A DNA stretch of 64,000 nucleotides, taken from assembly GCA_963759075.1 (NCBI GenBank), contig CAVWXZ010000023.1, forward strand, positions 18,866-82,865. The letters are read 5' to 3'. Position numbers and translations under genes: made by a program. Below, in pieces: positions 51,326 to 60,257 of this stretch (position 1 is its first letter; every line of letters starts with the position of its first letter). The DNA comes from an uncultured Gammaproteobacteria bacterium. Lineage in GTDB: Bacteria > Pseudomonadota > Gammaproteobacteria > Steroidobacterales > JABDLF01. Under the pieces are notes generated by a model, which had not been told where the DNA came from, made no database searches, and was given only the letters and a program-made list of their open reading frames with translations.

Positions 51326-52225
51326 CTACGCCTGGCTCGTCGTCACCGGATCCTGATGAATCAGCACGTCAGCACCTGGAAACGCAGCCATGATCTCCCC
51401 TTCCACGTCATCCGATATCCGGTGTGCGGTGGCAAGGCTCATGCCCTCGTCGAGTTCGAGATGCAGCTGGATGATGTAGGTTTGCCCGGAGCGACGCATG
51501 CGTAATTCGTGGATGCCCCGGACTTCCGGATGGCGGCGGGCGATTGCACGGATTTCATCCTTCTGCTCCTCGGGCAGTTCCCGGTCCATGAGCAGATTCA
51601 CCGCGTCCCCGCCGATCTGAAAGGCGCTGTAGAGAATGTAGACAGCGATCACAATAGCGATCAGGGGATCAACGCCCGTAACACCCATCCCGGACATGAC
51701 CAGCGCGGCGATAATGCTGAGGTTGGTCAGCAGGTCCGTGAAATAGTGCAGAGAATCCGCGCGGATTGCCGTGGAACCCGTGGCCCGTATTACGTGTCGC
51801 TGGATCGCAAGCAGCCCCAGAGTCGCTGCAATCGCGAAGACCATGACGCCAATGCCGATGCCGATTTCAAGCACGGGCTGCGGGTGAATCAGCCTGTCGA
51901 CGGCGTGCAGCATCAGAAAGACCGCCGAGCCCGCAATGAACGCCGCCTGCGCCAAGCCTGCCAGCGGCTCGGCTTTGCCATGGCCAAAGCGATGATCGTC
52001 ATCTGCGGGCTGCAGGGAATAGCGCACCGCCGCCAGGTTCAGCAACGAGGCCATCGCGTCCATCAGAGAATCGATCAGCGACGCCATCACGCTGACCGAT
52101 TCCGTCAGCCACCAGGCGCCCAGCTTGACGAAGATCAGCACGACCGCAGTAATAACGGACGCGCGAGTTGCCAGGCGAAGCAAGCCCGCCGCTTTCTCAG
52201 GACCAACCTGGAGCCGGGTGTTCAC
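51326..52225 (-). CDS. cation diffusion facilitator transporter (FieF/YiiP-like)
   Basis: Intact 299-aa ORF with 6 TM segments. The DSLMDAMAS and HYFTDLLTN metal-site motifs are present. GTG start overlaps the upstream stop (GTGA). Confidence 0.85.
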   Translation of the reverse strand: MNTRLQVGPEKAAGLLRLATRASVITAVVLIFVKLGAWWLTESVSVMASLIDSLMDAMASLLNLAAVRYSLQPADDDHRFGHGKAEPLAGLAQAAFIAGSAVFLMLHAVDRLIHPQPVLEIGIGIGVMVFAIAATLGLLAIQRHVIRATGSTAIRADSLHYFTDLLTNLSIIAALVMSGMGVTGVDPLIAIVIAVYILYSAFQIGGDAVNLLMDRELPEEQKDEIRAIARRHPEVRGIHELRMRRSGQTYIIQLHLELDEGMSLATAHRISDDVEGEIMAAFPGADVLIHQDPVTTSQA

Positions 52226-52581
52226 AATGACGTGTCGCTACCGTTGGCCGGCGGCGGGCGACAGCGGACGGCATAGCGAAACTCTGTATTGTAAAAACTA
52301 TCGTCCTGCAATGCGATTTCCCTGCGTTCGGTCACCTCATAGCCCAGCGCACACGCGCCGCGCACCGCCAGCCATTCCGACAGCCATTGCATGCGCGTCG
52401 CCTCAGCCGCCGGATCATTACGTTCCAGGCCCGGAACGGCCCGTGTCTCGAAAACGAATTCGACGCCGGAATCCGGTACTGCGCTCAGGCGGCTCAGGCT
52501 ATGCCGCTCAAAGCCCCCGTCTGAAGTTGCACAGGCGGCACACAGCAGGCACGCGCCGATTACGGTTTCTAACCTGATCAT
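52222..52581 (-). CDS. hypothetical lipoprotein
   Basis: Internal Met of ORF 52222..52659: MIRLETVIGACLLCAACATS (lipobox). It is translationally coupled to the CDF gene. Confidence 0.5.
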   Translation of the reverse strand: MIRLETVIGACLLCAACATSDGGFERHSLSRLSAVPDSGVEFVFETRAVPGLERNDPAAEATRMQWLSEWLAVRGACALGYEVTERREIALQDDSFYNTEFRYAVRCRPPPANGSDTSL

Positions 52582-52681
52582 CGCGCGACTATAAGGCAAG
52601 TTGTACGCGCTTTGCAGTTGTTCGCCAAACCGGTACCCTGACCGCACTGTCAGAGCCACAGAGTCGGGACAACATTAGACA

Positions 52682-54283
52682 ATGAAAATTACGGGCTGCG
52701 CGTGCATGTTTCTTCTGCTGGCCGGTGCTTTGGCCGGCTGCCTCAGCACACCCACCGCGGAGGTGCCGCAGTCAGGCAGCGGCTGGTACCGCCAGGCCCA
52801 GGCAGACCTGGCCGCGAAGCTCCGCCAACCGCCCGCAAAATCCCGCGCGAAGAATATTATCCTGTTTATTGGTGACGGCATGGATATCTCCACCATCACC
52901 GCCGCTCGTATCCTCGAGGGACAGCGCCGCGGTGAGACCGGCGAGGAAAACCTGCTGTCTTTCGAGTCATTTCCCTTTACGGGTCTCGCCAAGACTTACA
53001 ACACCAACCAGCAAACACCTGACTCGGCCGGGACGGCCACCGCGATGCTGTCTGGCGTCAAGACCAAGGCCGGCGTCATTGGCGTATCGACGGATGTCAC
53101 GCGTGGGGATTGCGCGTCGGCTGCCGGCCGCGAGCTTACAACGATACTCGGGCTTGCCGAGGACGCGGGCCTCGCCACCGGCATTGTCACCACGGCTCGC
53201 ATCACCCATGCGACGCCGGCTGCGGCCTATGCGCATTCGGCCGATCGCGAATGGGAAGGCGACTCGCAGCTGCCGCTTGAGGCGTCGGCCTGCATGGATA
53301 TCGCCCGGCAACTCGTCGAGTATGCGCACGGAGATGGCCCGGAGGTTCTGTTCGGCGGGGGCCGCCGCTATTTCATGCCCACAGGCGAAGCGGATCCCGA
53401 ATACCCGGACCGGCGCGGTCATCGTGCCGACGGCCGGAACCTGGTGGCTCGCTGGCTGGAACGCGCGGGCAGCGGCGGCCGCTACATCTGGGGTCGTGAC
53501 GGCTTCGACACACTTGAGACCAGTCCACCGGAGCGCGTCCTCGGGCTGTTCGAGCTCAGCCACATGCGCTACGAAGCGGATCGCAGCCAGGACGCCTCCG
53601 GCGAACCTTCGCTGGCCGAGATGACGGCCACGGCCATTGCGCTGCTGGCGCGGAATCCTGATGGTTACTTCCTGCTGGTGGAAGGCGGAAGAATCGACCA
53701 CGGACACCATGAGGGTAATGCCTACCGCGCGCTGACTGACACGATCGCGTTTTCGGATGCCGTGCGCGCAGCCTCTGCCGGCGCGAGCGCTGAGGACACT
53801 TTGATCATCGTTACGGCTGATCATGGCCATACGATGCGCATCGTCGGTTACCCGACCCGCGGCAACCCGATACTGGGCCTGGTCATAGAAAATGACCTTT
53901 CAGGAGAGCCGCGCGGAGCGCCACACCGAGACCTGACCGGCCTGCCCTACACGACCCTCGGCTACATCAACGGACCGGGCTACCAGGGTGCCAGCCAGTC
54001 GCAAGCCGCAGGTCCCAAGCGCTTTCCCCATGAGCAGTCCGCGGGCACGCCCCACCCGGGCGGGCGCGCCGATCTGAGCGCCGTAAACACGGCCGACCCC
54101 GACTACCTGCAGGAAGCAGGCATTGCCACCGCCGGTAACGATGGCACTGGGTCAGAAACGCATTCCGCGGGCGACGTGCCTATTTATGGGTCCGGCCCCG
54201 GCGCGCAGCTGCTCACCGGCGTACATGAGCAAAACTATATTTTTCACGTCATGCGCATGTGGCGGACCTGTAGGCTCACGTGA
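52682..54283 (+). CDS. phoA: alkaline phosphatase (PhoA family), lipoprotein
   Basis: Intact 533-aa ORF with lipobox LAGC. The active-site region is TPDSAGTATAM. Metal-ligand regions are EGGRIDHGHH and VTADHGH. Confidence 0.85.
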   Translation: MKITGCACMFLLLAGALAGCLSTPTAEVPQSGSGWYRQAQADLAAKLRQPPAKSRAKNIILFIGDGMDISTITAARILEGQRRGETGEENLLSFESFPFTGLAKTYNTNQQTPDSAGTATAMLSGVKTKAGVIGVSTDVTRGDCASAAGRELTTILGLAEDAGLATGIVTTARITHATPAAAYAHSADREWEGDSQLPLEASACMDIARQLVEYAHGDGPEVLFGGGRRYFMPTGEADPEYPDRRGHRADGRNLVARWLERAGSGGRYIWGRDGFDTLETSPPERVLGLFELSHMRYEADRSQDASGEPSLAEMTATAIALLARNPDGYFLLVEGGRIDHGHHEGNAYRALTDTIAFSDAVRAASAGASAEDTLIIVTADHGHTMRIVGYPTRGNPILGLVIENDLSGEPRGAPHRDLTGLPYTTLGYINGPGYQGASQSQAAGPKRFPHEQSAGTPHPGGRADLSAVNTADPDYLQEAGIATAGNDGTGSETHSAGDVPIYGSGPGAQLLTGVHEQNYIFHVMRMWRTCRLT

Positions 54284-55908
54284 ACACCTCACGCACCAGC
54301 CTGACACTTTTCGAACGTTTCCTTCACCTGTTCACCGTGGTGCGACCCGGCGAGGGTCGCTGCGTATTCCTGATGGTGCTCAAGGGCTTTCTGCTGATGT
54401 TCTCCTATTACATGCTGAAGCCGGTGCGCGAGACGCTGCTGCTGACAGATGGCAGCGCCGAGATCGGCGCCTATTCGGCGGCGCTGTCTGCCGGCCTGCT
54501 GCTGATCGTGATTCCGATTTACAGCTTCTTCTATCGTCGCACCAACCGCGATCGCCTCACCCAGCGTATAACAATATTTTTCATTATTAATCTGATGCTC
54601 TTCTACGTGCTGGGCAAGATGGGCTTGCCGCTTGGCGTCGTGTTTTTCGTCTGGCTGTCGATTTTCAACCTGATGATCGTTGCCCAGTTCTGGGCGTTTG
54701 CGACAGATGTATTCAACGCCAAGACAGGCCAGCGTCTGTTCGCCGTCATCGCCGTTGGTGTGTCGCTGGGCGCCACGCTGGGTTCGCTCAGCTCGGCGAA
54801 ACTGGCGGAGTTGATCAGCGCCTACGACATCATGCTGGCGGCGGCCCTGGTGCTGTGTCTGCCACCGATACTCAGCAGTAAGGCAGAGCGTTCCGTGCCA
54901 CCCGAGTCGCGTGGAGACCGCGGTGAACTTGATAACGGCGCGTCGCAGAATCCGCTGGGCGGTTTCGCCGTCGTTGCGCAGAACTACTACCTGGTGCTGA
55001 TAGCCTTGTTCATCGTGCTGCTCAACTGGATCATGACAACCGGCGATTTCATCCTGCGATCCTGGGTGGTCGAGTATGCGGCGAACATCATCGCCACCAG
55101 CGGGGCGGCCACTCTCAGCAGGGGTGAAATTATCGGCCGCTTTTACGGCAATTTTTTTGCCCTGATTTCAGTCATCAGCATGCTGATCCAGCTGTTCCTG
55201 GTGTCGCGAATTTTCCGCTATTTTGGCGTACGCATTGCCGTCATGATCATGCCGGTTGTCCTGATTCTCAGTTACGGGATCATCGGCTTCATTCCGGTAT
55301 TTACCATTATTCAGTGGGCGCGCACCCTGGAAATCAGCACCAATTATTCGCTGCAGAACACGGCTCGCCATGCCCTGTTCCTGCCGACAGCGCGTTCCGA
55401 TAAATATGAGGGCAAGACCACCATCGACACCTTCTTCTGGCGTTTCGGTGACATGGTCCAGGCGGCTGCCATTTATGCCGGCATACACTGGTTCGGATTC
55501 GAGGCACGCGAATTTGCCCTGACCAATGTCGGCCTGGCGGTGATCATGTTCGGAGTATCCTGGCTGATCGGCAACGAGTATTCCCGGCTGATGCGCGCCA
55601 ACGTTGCCAGCACGCCTCCGGTCGTGAGTCGGACCCTGATCAATATTTCCGCGCGCCCCGGCGAAAAGATCGAACACTATATCGATGCGGACAGCTTTAT
55701 TGATGCAGATCCCGGGGATATCCTCATTTACCATGCGCGCCTGGTCAGCGGCCAACCGCTGCCTTCCTGGTTGCACTTCAATAGCCGTGCACTGGTGTTC
55801 AGGGGTCGTTGTCCTGAAAGCTTCGCTGAAACCCTGGAAATCGAAGTAACCGCCACCGATATCGATGGCCTGTCAGTCAGCGATACCTTTCTCGTCGAGC
55901 CGGCCTGA
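54280..55908 (+). CDS. TLC/Npt-type (ATP/ADP-translocase-like) transporter homologue with a C-terminal Ig-like (He_PIG/cadherin-like) domain
   Basis: Intact 542-aa ORF. The GTG start overlaps the phoA stop (GTGA). The N-terminal motif is FLLMFSYYMLKPVRETLLL, followed by about 11-12 TM segments. The last ~100 aa read ...GQPLPSWLHFNSRALVFRGRCPE...IEVTATDIDGLSVSDTFLV. Confidence 0.6.
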   Translation: MNTSRTSLTLFERFLHLFTVVRPGEGRCVFLMVLKGFLLMFSYYMLKPVRETLLLTDGSAEIGAYSAALSAGLLLIVIPIYSFFYRRTNRDRLTQRITIFFIINLMLFYVLGKMGLPLGVVFFVWLSIFNLMIVAQFWAFATDVFNAKTGQRLFAVIAVGVSLGATLGSLSSAKLAELISAYDIMLAAALVLCLPPILSSKAERSVPPESRGDRGELDNGASQNPLGGFAVVAQNYYLVLIALFIVLLNWIMTTGDFILRSWVVEYAANIIATSGAATLSRGEIIGRFYGNFFALISVISMLIQLFLVSRIFRYFGVRIAVMIMPVVLILSYGIIGFIPVFTIIQWARTLEISTNYSLQNTARHALFLPTARSDKYEGKTTIDTFFWRFGDMVQAAAIYAGIHWFGFEAREFALTNVGLAVIMFGVSWLIGNEYSRLMRANVASTPPVVSRTLINISARPGEKIEHYIDADSFIDADPGDILIYHARLVSGQPLPSWLHFNSRALVFRGRCPESFAETLEIEVTATDIDGLSVSDTFLVEPA

Positions 55909-57882
55909 CACCACAACGCCCTGCCGCAGAATTTCGTCGCGCCGCTTAAGGATGGCGCGCAGCTGCTTCTTCTGCAGCAGGTCGCCCACCAGCTCATGCA
56001 GCGTATCGCGATCCAATGCCGCCAGGCGCTCAGCGAGCGGTTCAGGTATGCGCAGGGGCGCATTTTCGTAAACAGGCGGTCTGCCGCGGTGGGTACGAAA
56101 GGCGCGTGAATGATCGATCAGGCGCACCAGCCCCTTGTCCCGATCAAACAGCACGTTGCTCTGATTGCGATCCTCGTTATAGATCAATACGTCGAAGATC
56201 CGCATCAGATCGTACTGCTCCTGGACGTCGCAGGCCGGATAGATCGCTACATTTTGCTGACGCCTTTCCAGGTCGCTGATGGAATTTTCTACCCAGAACT
56301 GCAGGGATCCCGACTCGCCCGAAAATTCGCGCGCAACGGTCACCGGGATGAGATCGATGCCAAGAAACTTGTCCAGCCGATAGGCCGCGATATCGTTCCT
56401 GTAACTGTCGGAGATATTGAGGCGAGAGTCCCGGCGCGTGCCGGTGCCTTCGCTGGTGTCAGTGTCCTCGCCCTTGAACACAGCACGCAGGGTCAGGTCG
56501 TCCTTGCTGAGCGTCAACCGCCGGGGCTTGGTCACGCCCATCCCCAGCGCCTCGCTGCCTGTGATCTCTGCGTCGGCGAGGAACAGCTCCAGATCGTCAT
56601 CGGTGACGCCGGCCGGCCGCGTGCCCAGGCTACGGACTTCTGTGTCGGGCTCAGTCCAGAGGTTCTGATCGGCGTAGTAAGCACGCAGACCGGCCCGCGT
56701 GATTTCCAGCGCAGAAGCGCGCCCTTCGTAGTAGGGCAACATTCCGGTGTCGATCATCAGCAGGCGCTCGCCGAGCCGCCCGGTAATCCTGCGCGTCGGC
56801 GTCGGCGTGTGCCCCACCACCACCCGGCGGGCGCCCAGGTTGTCCAGCGCCGAGGCCAGGCGGCCGCTTTCCCAGAGCGGGTGACACCATGCGTTGCCCC
56901 GATACCAGAGCGGGCCATCCACCCTGAAGATCAGTGCCGACTGCATCCCGACGTAGGCCTGCAGCAGGGCGACCTGATCCGGACTCAGGTCTGGCACAAG
57001 CAGCTCGGCAGCGACCGGCGCAGCGTTACTGTCCGGGTCCTGCCCGGCCCCGGCAGCCTGCCGCTCCGCCTGCGCGGCGATTAGCCGCTCCGCCGTATCA
57101 AAGCGCTCGCCGTAGTCGTCCAGCCTGCCGATCAGCCCCTCGTTGATGAGCCTGCGGGTCAGGGCCAGGTAGTCCGACAACTCCTCGTGCATCCTCGCGT
57201 TCAGCTGCTCGCCGGGCTGTGATGCCATGGCTGCAGACAGCCCGCCGTGCACAAAGACGGTGTCACCGATACGCAGCACATATGGCAGCCCGTCGATCCA
57301 GCGGCCGTAGCGACCGGACAGTGAAAACGCCTTGCGGTGGGCGAAAAAGCCGGGTGGATGCTCCGCCGCAAACCGCTCGCGCGCCGCCGCTTCTGCCTGC
57401 GAATCCAGCGCGTGATCACCCAGGTAATCCTGCAAGGCCGCCGCCCTGTCGCGGGGGTCTTCCTCGGCAGCAAAGGCCGCGTACTCTCCGAGCGACACGT
57501 AGCGCAGGTCGCTGGTGATGTTCATGACTTCGTGATTGCCCGGCACGACGTGCAGACGACCACCGGCAGCAATTGCCTCCTCCTGGAGCCGCATCAGCAG
57601 CTCCATGACCCGCCTGGAGTCGGCGCCGCGGTCGAGCAGGTCGCCGACGCTGACCAGGTGGGTCTTACCCCCCTGCCAGCGGTTTTGCTCGTCGATCAGG
57701 CCCGTGCCGCGCAGGACCGCGAGCAGCTCCGGCCAGGCGCCGTGGACATCGCCAATAGCCACGACGCGCTCCGCGGCAGGAAAACTCCAGGCTGCAGCCT
57801 GCGTCGGCTGGGCATGCAGAAAATTCGCCGCTAGCAGCGAAATAAGCGCGTAGAGCGCGCGCGGGAAGAGGAGTCGAGCCAT
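55873..57882 (-). CDS. secreted PPP-family metallophosphoesterase fused to a PI3/PI4-kinase-like C-terminal domain
   Basis: Internal Met of ORF 55873..57975 gives the signal peptide MARLLFPRALYALISLLAANFLHA. GDVHG, GDLLDRG and GNHE are present. The C-terminus reads LIYNEDRNQSNVLF...LIDHSRAF (DRxxxN ... IDH pattern). Confidence 0.7.
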   Translation of the reverse strand: MARLLFPRALYALISLLAANFLHAQPTQAAAWSFPAAERVVAIGDVHGAWPELLAVLRGTGLIDEQNRWQGGKTHLVSVGDLLDRGADSRRVMELLMRLQEEAIAAGGRLHVVPGNHEVMNITSDLRYVSLGEYAAFAAEEDPRDRAAALQDYLGDHALDSQAEAAARERFAAEHPPGFFAHRKAFSLSGRYGRWIDGLPYVLRIGDTVFVHGGLSAAMASQPGEQLNARMHEELSDYLALTRRLINEGLIGRLDDYGERFDTAERLIAAQAERQAAGAGQDPDSNAAPVAAELLVPDLSPDQVALLQAYVGMQSALIFRVDGPLWYRGNAWCHPLWESGRLASALDNLGARRVVVGHTPTPTRRITGRLGERLLMIDTGMLPYYEGRASALEITRAGLRAYYADQNLWTEPDTEVRSLGTRPAGVTDDDLELFLADAEITGSEALGMGVTKPRRLTLSKDDLTLRAVFKGEDTDTSEGTGTRRDSRLNISDSYRNDIAAYRLDKFLGIDLIPVTVAREFSGESGSLQFWVENSISDLERRQQNVAIYPACDVQEQYDLMRIFDVLIYNEDRNQSNVLFDRDKGLVRLIDHSRAFRTHRGRPPVYENAPLRIPEPLAERLAALDRDTLHELVGDLLQKKQLRAILKRRDEILRQGVVVSGRLDEKGIAD

Positions 57883-58044
57883 GTATACCCCCGGCTTTTC
57901 CGGATAACTGCTGTCTGGCCGGCGGTATATCCGACCAGTACCAAGTTTAGTCGGTTCAACACAATCGCGTGTCAACCTTGTAAGGGCACGCGAGTTCTGG
58001 AACTATCATCGCCCGGCCGGAGACCCGGCCTGACCCCTTTTCGC

Positions 58045-59344
58045 ATGGAGACCCGTACCGTGTTCAAGCACCAAGCAAGACTGATTGCCATCGCAGCGCT
58101 TCTGCTCGGTACGGCCACGGCCCTGGCGCAGGACGCCAACAACCCCTGGTACGTGGCGGGGCTGGCAAGCTATGTGGATGACGATGCAGACCGTTTCGTC
58201 GATGACGGGCTCAGCGGGGGCCAACTGGCGTTAGGAATACCCTTCGGAGCGACCTGGAGCGTGGAACTGTTCGGCTCTGTACAACGAGTTCAATGCAGAC
58301 GGCTACGACGCGGACCAGGAGCAAAAGGGCCTGGGTATTGGCGCCGTGCGCCGGTTCAACACGCGCGGCAAGCTGCAGCCCTACTTTACCGTCGCGGGCG
58401 GCTATTCGAAGACCACCCGTGATTCCGGCATCGACGAGTCGGCGCCCATGGCCTCCGGGGCGTTGGGTCTGCTGGTCAATTTCGGTCAATCGCGCTTCGC
58501 CTGGCGCAGCGAGGCGCGCTACAGGCAGGTACTGGAAGACGTGTCGCTTGCCGATATTTACCTGAGCACCGGGCTGCAGATCGCCCTGGGGCACCGCGAG
58601 GACAGCGGCATCGATGATGACGATGTTACCGACGGTGATGGCGACGGGATCCCGGACGCCATCGACCGCTGCCCGCAAAGCAGGCCGGGCGTAGTCGTGG
58701 ACGCGGTGGGCTGCGCCGCCGCGGACGATGACTTCGACGGCGTATCGAATCGGCTGGACCGCTGCCCGCGCACGCCGCGCAACGTGGCGGTTAACAGCCG
58801 CGGCTGCCCGCCGGACAGCGACCGGGACGGCGTGATCGATGCGCTGGATGCCTGTCGCGGCACGCCCTGGGGCGTTGACGTGGACGAACGCGGTTGCTCC
58901 GCGGTGCGTGATGCCGATGGCGACGGGATTGCCGACGAAGCGGATCGTTGCCCGGCTACCCAATCGGGACTTGCGGTGGATAAGACAGGCTGCCCGCTAC
59001 CGAAACGCATTGATTTGCCCGGCGTCGCATTCGAAAACAATTCGAGCCTGCTGGTTCCGGGCAGCACCCGCACTCTCGACCAGGCGGCCGCGATCCTGCT
59101 CGCCAATCCGGGGCTGCGCGCACAGGTGGCCGGTCACACCGATGATGTGGGCGAGGCCTCTTACAATCTCTGGCTTTCGCAACGGCGCGCCAACGCGGTA
59201 CGCACTTACCTGATAGCCAGGGGCGTCGCAGGTGAGCGCCTGACCGCGCAGGGCTTCGGCGAAACCCAGCCGGTAGCCGATAACGGCAGCGCCGCGGGGC
59301 GCGCCCGCAATCGTCGCGTGGAGCTGCGCACTATCTCGCAATAA
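58045..59344 (+). pseudogene. OmpA-family outer-membrane protein with thrombospondin type-3-like repeats, frameshifted near 58280-58350
   Basis: The signal peptide and first barrel strands are in 58045..58422, the remainder in 58346..59344. Four DxDxDGxxDxxDxCP repeats are present. The OmpA_C motif is GHTDDVGEASYNLWLSQRRANAV...NRRVEL. Confidence 0.8.
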
Positions 59345-59346
59345 GA

Positions 59347-59373
59347 AAACGCCGGGCGGTGCCCGGCGTTTAT
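59347..59373. terminator. bidirectional rho-independent terminator
   Basis: AAACGCCGGGC-GGT-GCCCGGCGTTT lies between convergent genes, with A-rich sequence 5' and T-rich sequence 3'. Confidence 0.8.
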
Positions 59374-59378
59374 TGTGA

Positions 59379-60122
59379 TCAGCGTTTCTTGCTGACCCTC
59401 TTGGTCGCCTTCTTGCGACTGGTTTTCTTTGCCGCTTTTTTCCGTGCCGGCGCCTTCTTTGCAACTTTCTTGCGTACGGCCTTCTTACGTGCCGGTGCCT
59501 TCTTCGCTGCTTTCTTACGCACAGTCTTCTTGCGTGCCGGTGCCTTCTTCGCTGCTTTCTTACGCACAGCCTTCTTACGCGCCGGCGACTTCTTCGCGAC
59601 TTTCCTGCGCACAGCCTTCTTGCGTGCCGGCGACTTCTTCGCGACTTTCTTGCGGGCGACCTTCTTCTTGCCCGCCGCTTTCTTGCGCGTGGTTTTCTTC
59701 ACTTTCTTGCCGCGTTTAGCTGCAGCCTTGTCCCATTCCCGCTCTACTGCTGCGAGCGCCTTGTCTATCCCCGAAGCCTTGCGCAGATAGTCCCGCGCCC
59801 TGCGCAGGTCATCCTGGATGGGCTTCAGCTGCTTGCGATACTGGTCTGCCTCTTTCCTGGCACGATCCAGCATCGGTTTCAGTTTCGCGATGCGTTGTTC
59901 TACCTGGCGCCGTGCGTTGGCCGTGCCAGCGCTGGCAAGCTTTTCGCCGGCTTTCACCAGATCTTTGCGCGTCTTCTGCACCCGGTTATTAGCCTGCTTG
60001 AGCTGGCGCCCGAGCTTGCTGGCCTCCCGCGACAAGGTCTTTGCCGTGCGGCTGGCGGTCTGCGTAAACTGCTTGCGCGCCTGCTGAAACGTCTGTTCAG
60101 CCTTGGTGACGTGCTTGGGCAT
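59379..60122 (-). CDS. AlgP/PhaF-like histone-H1-like protein (coiled-coil N-terminus, Lys/Ala-rich repeat tail)
   Basis: ATG 60122 follows GGGAGAG. The N-terminal half is helical. The C-terminal half consists of KKAPARKKAVRKKAA-type 15-aa repeats. Confidence 0.75.
   Translation of the reverse strand: MPKHVTKAEQTFQQARKQFTQTASRTAKTLSREASKLGRQLKQANNRVQKTRKDLVKAGEKLASAGTANARRQVEQRIAKLKPMLDRARKEADQYRKQLKPIQDDLRRARDYLRKASGIDKALAAVEREWDKAAAKRGKKVKKTTRKKAAGKKKVARKKVAKKSPARKKAVRRKVAKKSPARKKAVRKKAAKKAPARKKTVRKKAAKKAPARKKAVRKKVAKKAPARKKAAKKTSRKKATKRVSKKR
59436..59660. repeat. five tandem 45-bp coding repeats inside the AlgP-like gene
   Basis: Units start at 59436, 59481, 59526, 59571 and 59616 (CTTCTTACGTGCCGGTGCCTTCTTCGCTGCTTTCTTACGCACAGT and variants). 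Confidence 0.85.
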
Positions 60123-60257
60123 TAGTGCTCTCCCTATGTGACGAGTGTTCAATTACACGTCCGAAGTATAGACGCTTGTTGCCGATAGCGGCACTCAGGA
60201 CTTTCCGAAATCAAGCAGCGCATTCGGATTAGAATAGACGGCCCCGAATTCGAGCGT

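Noticed and set aside
52600-52681. Pho box upstream of phoA (CTGACCGCACTGTCAGAGCC region)
   Set aside because: The two CTGxCx half-sites are 9 bp apart rather than 11 bp apart. They match the CTGTCAT consensus poorly. I cannot support the call without a matrix scan.
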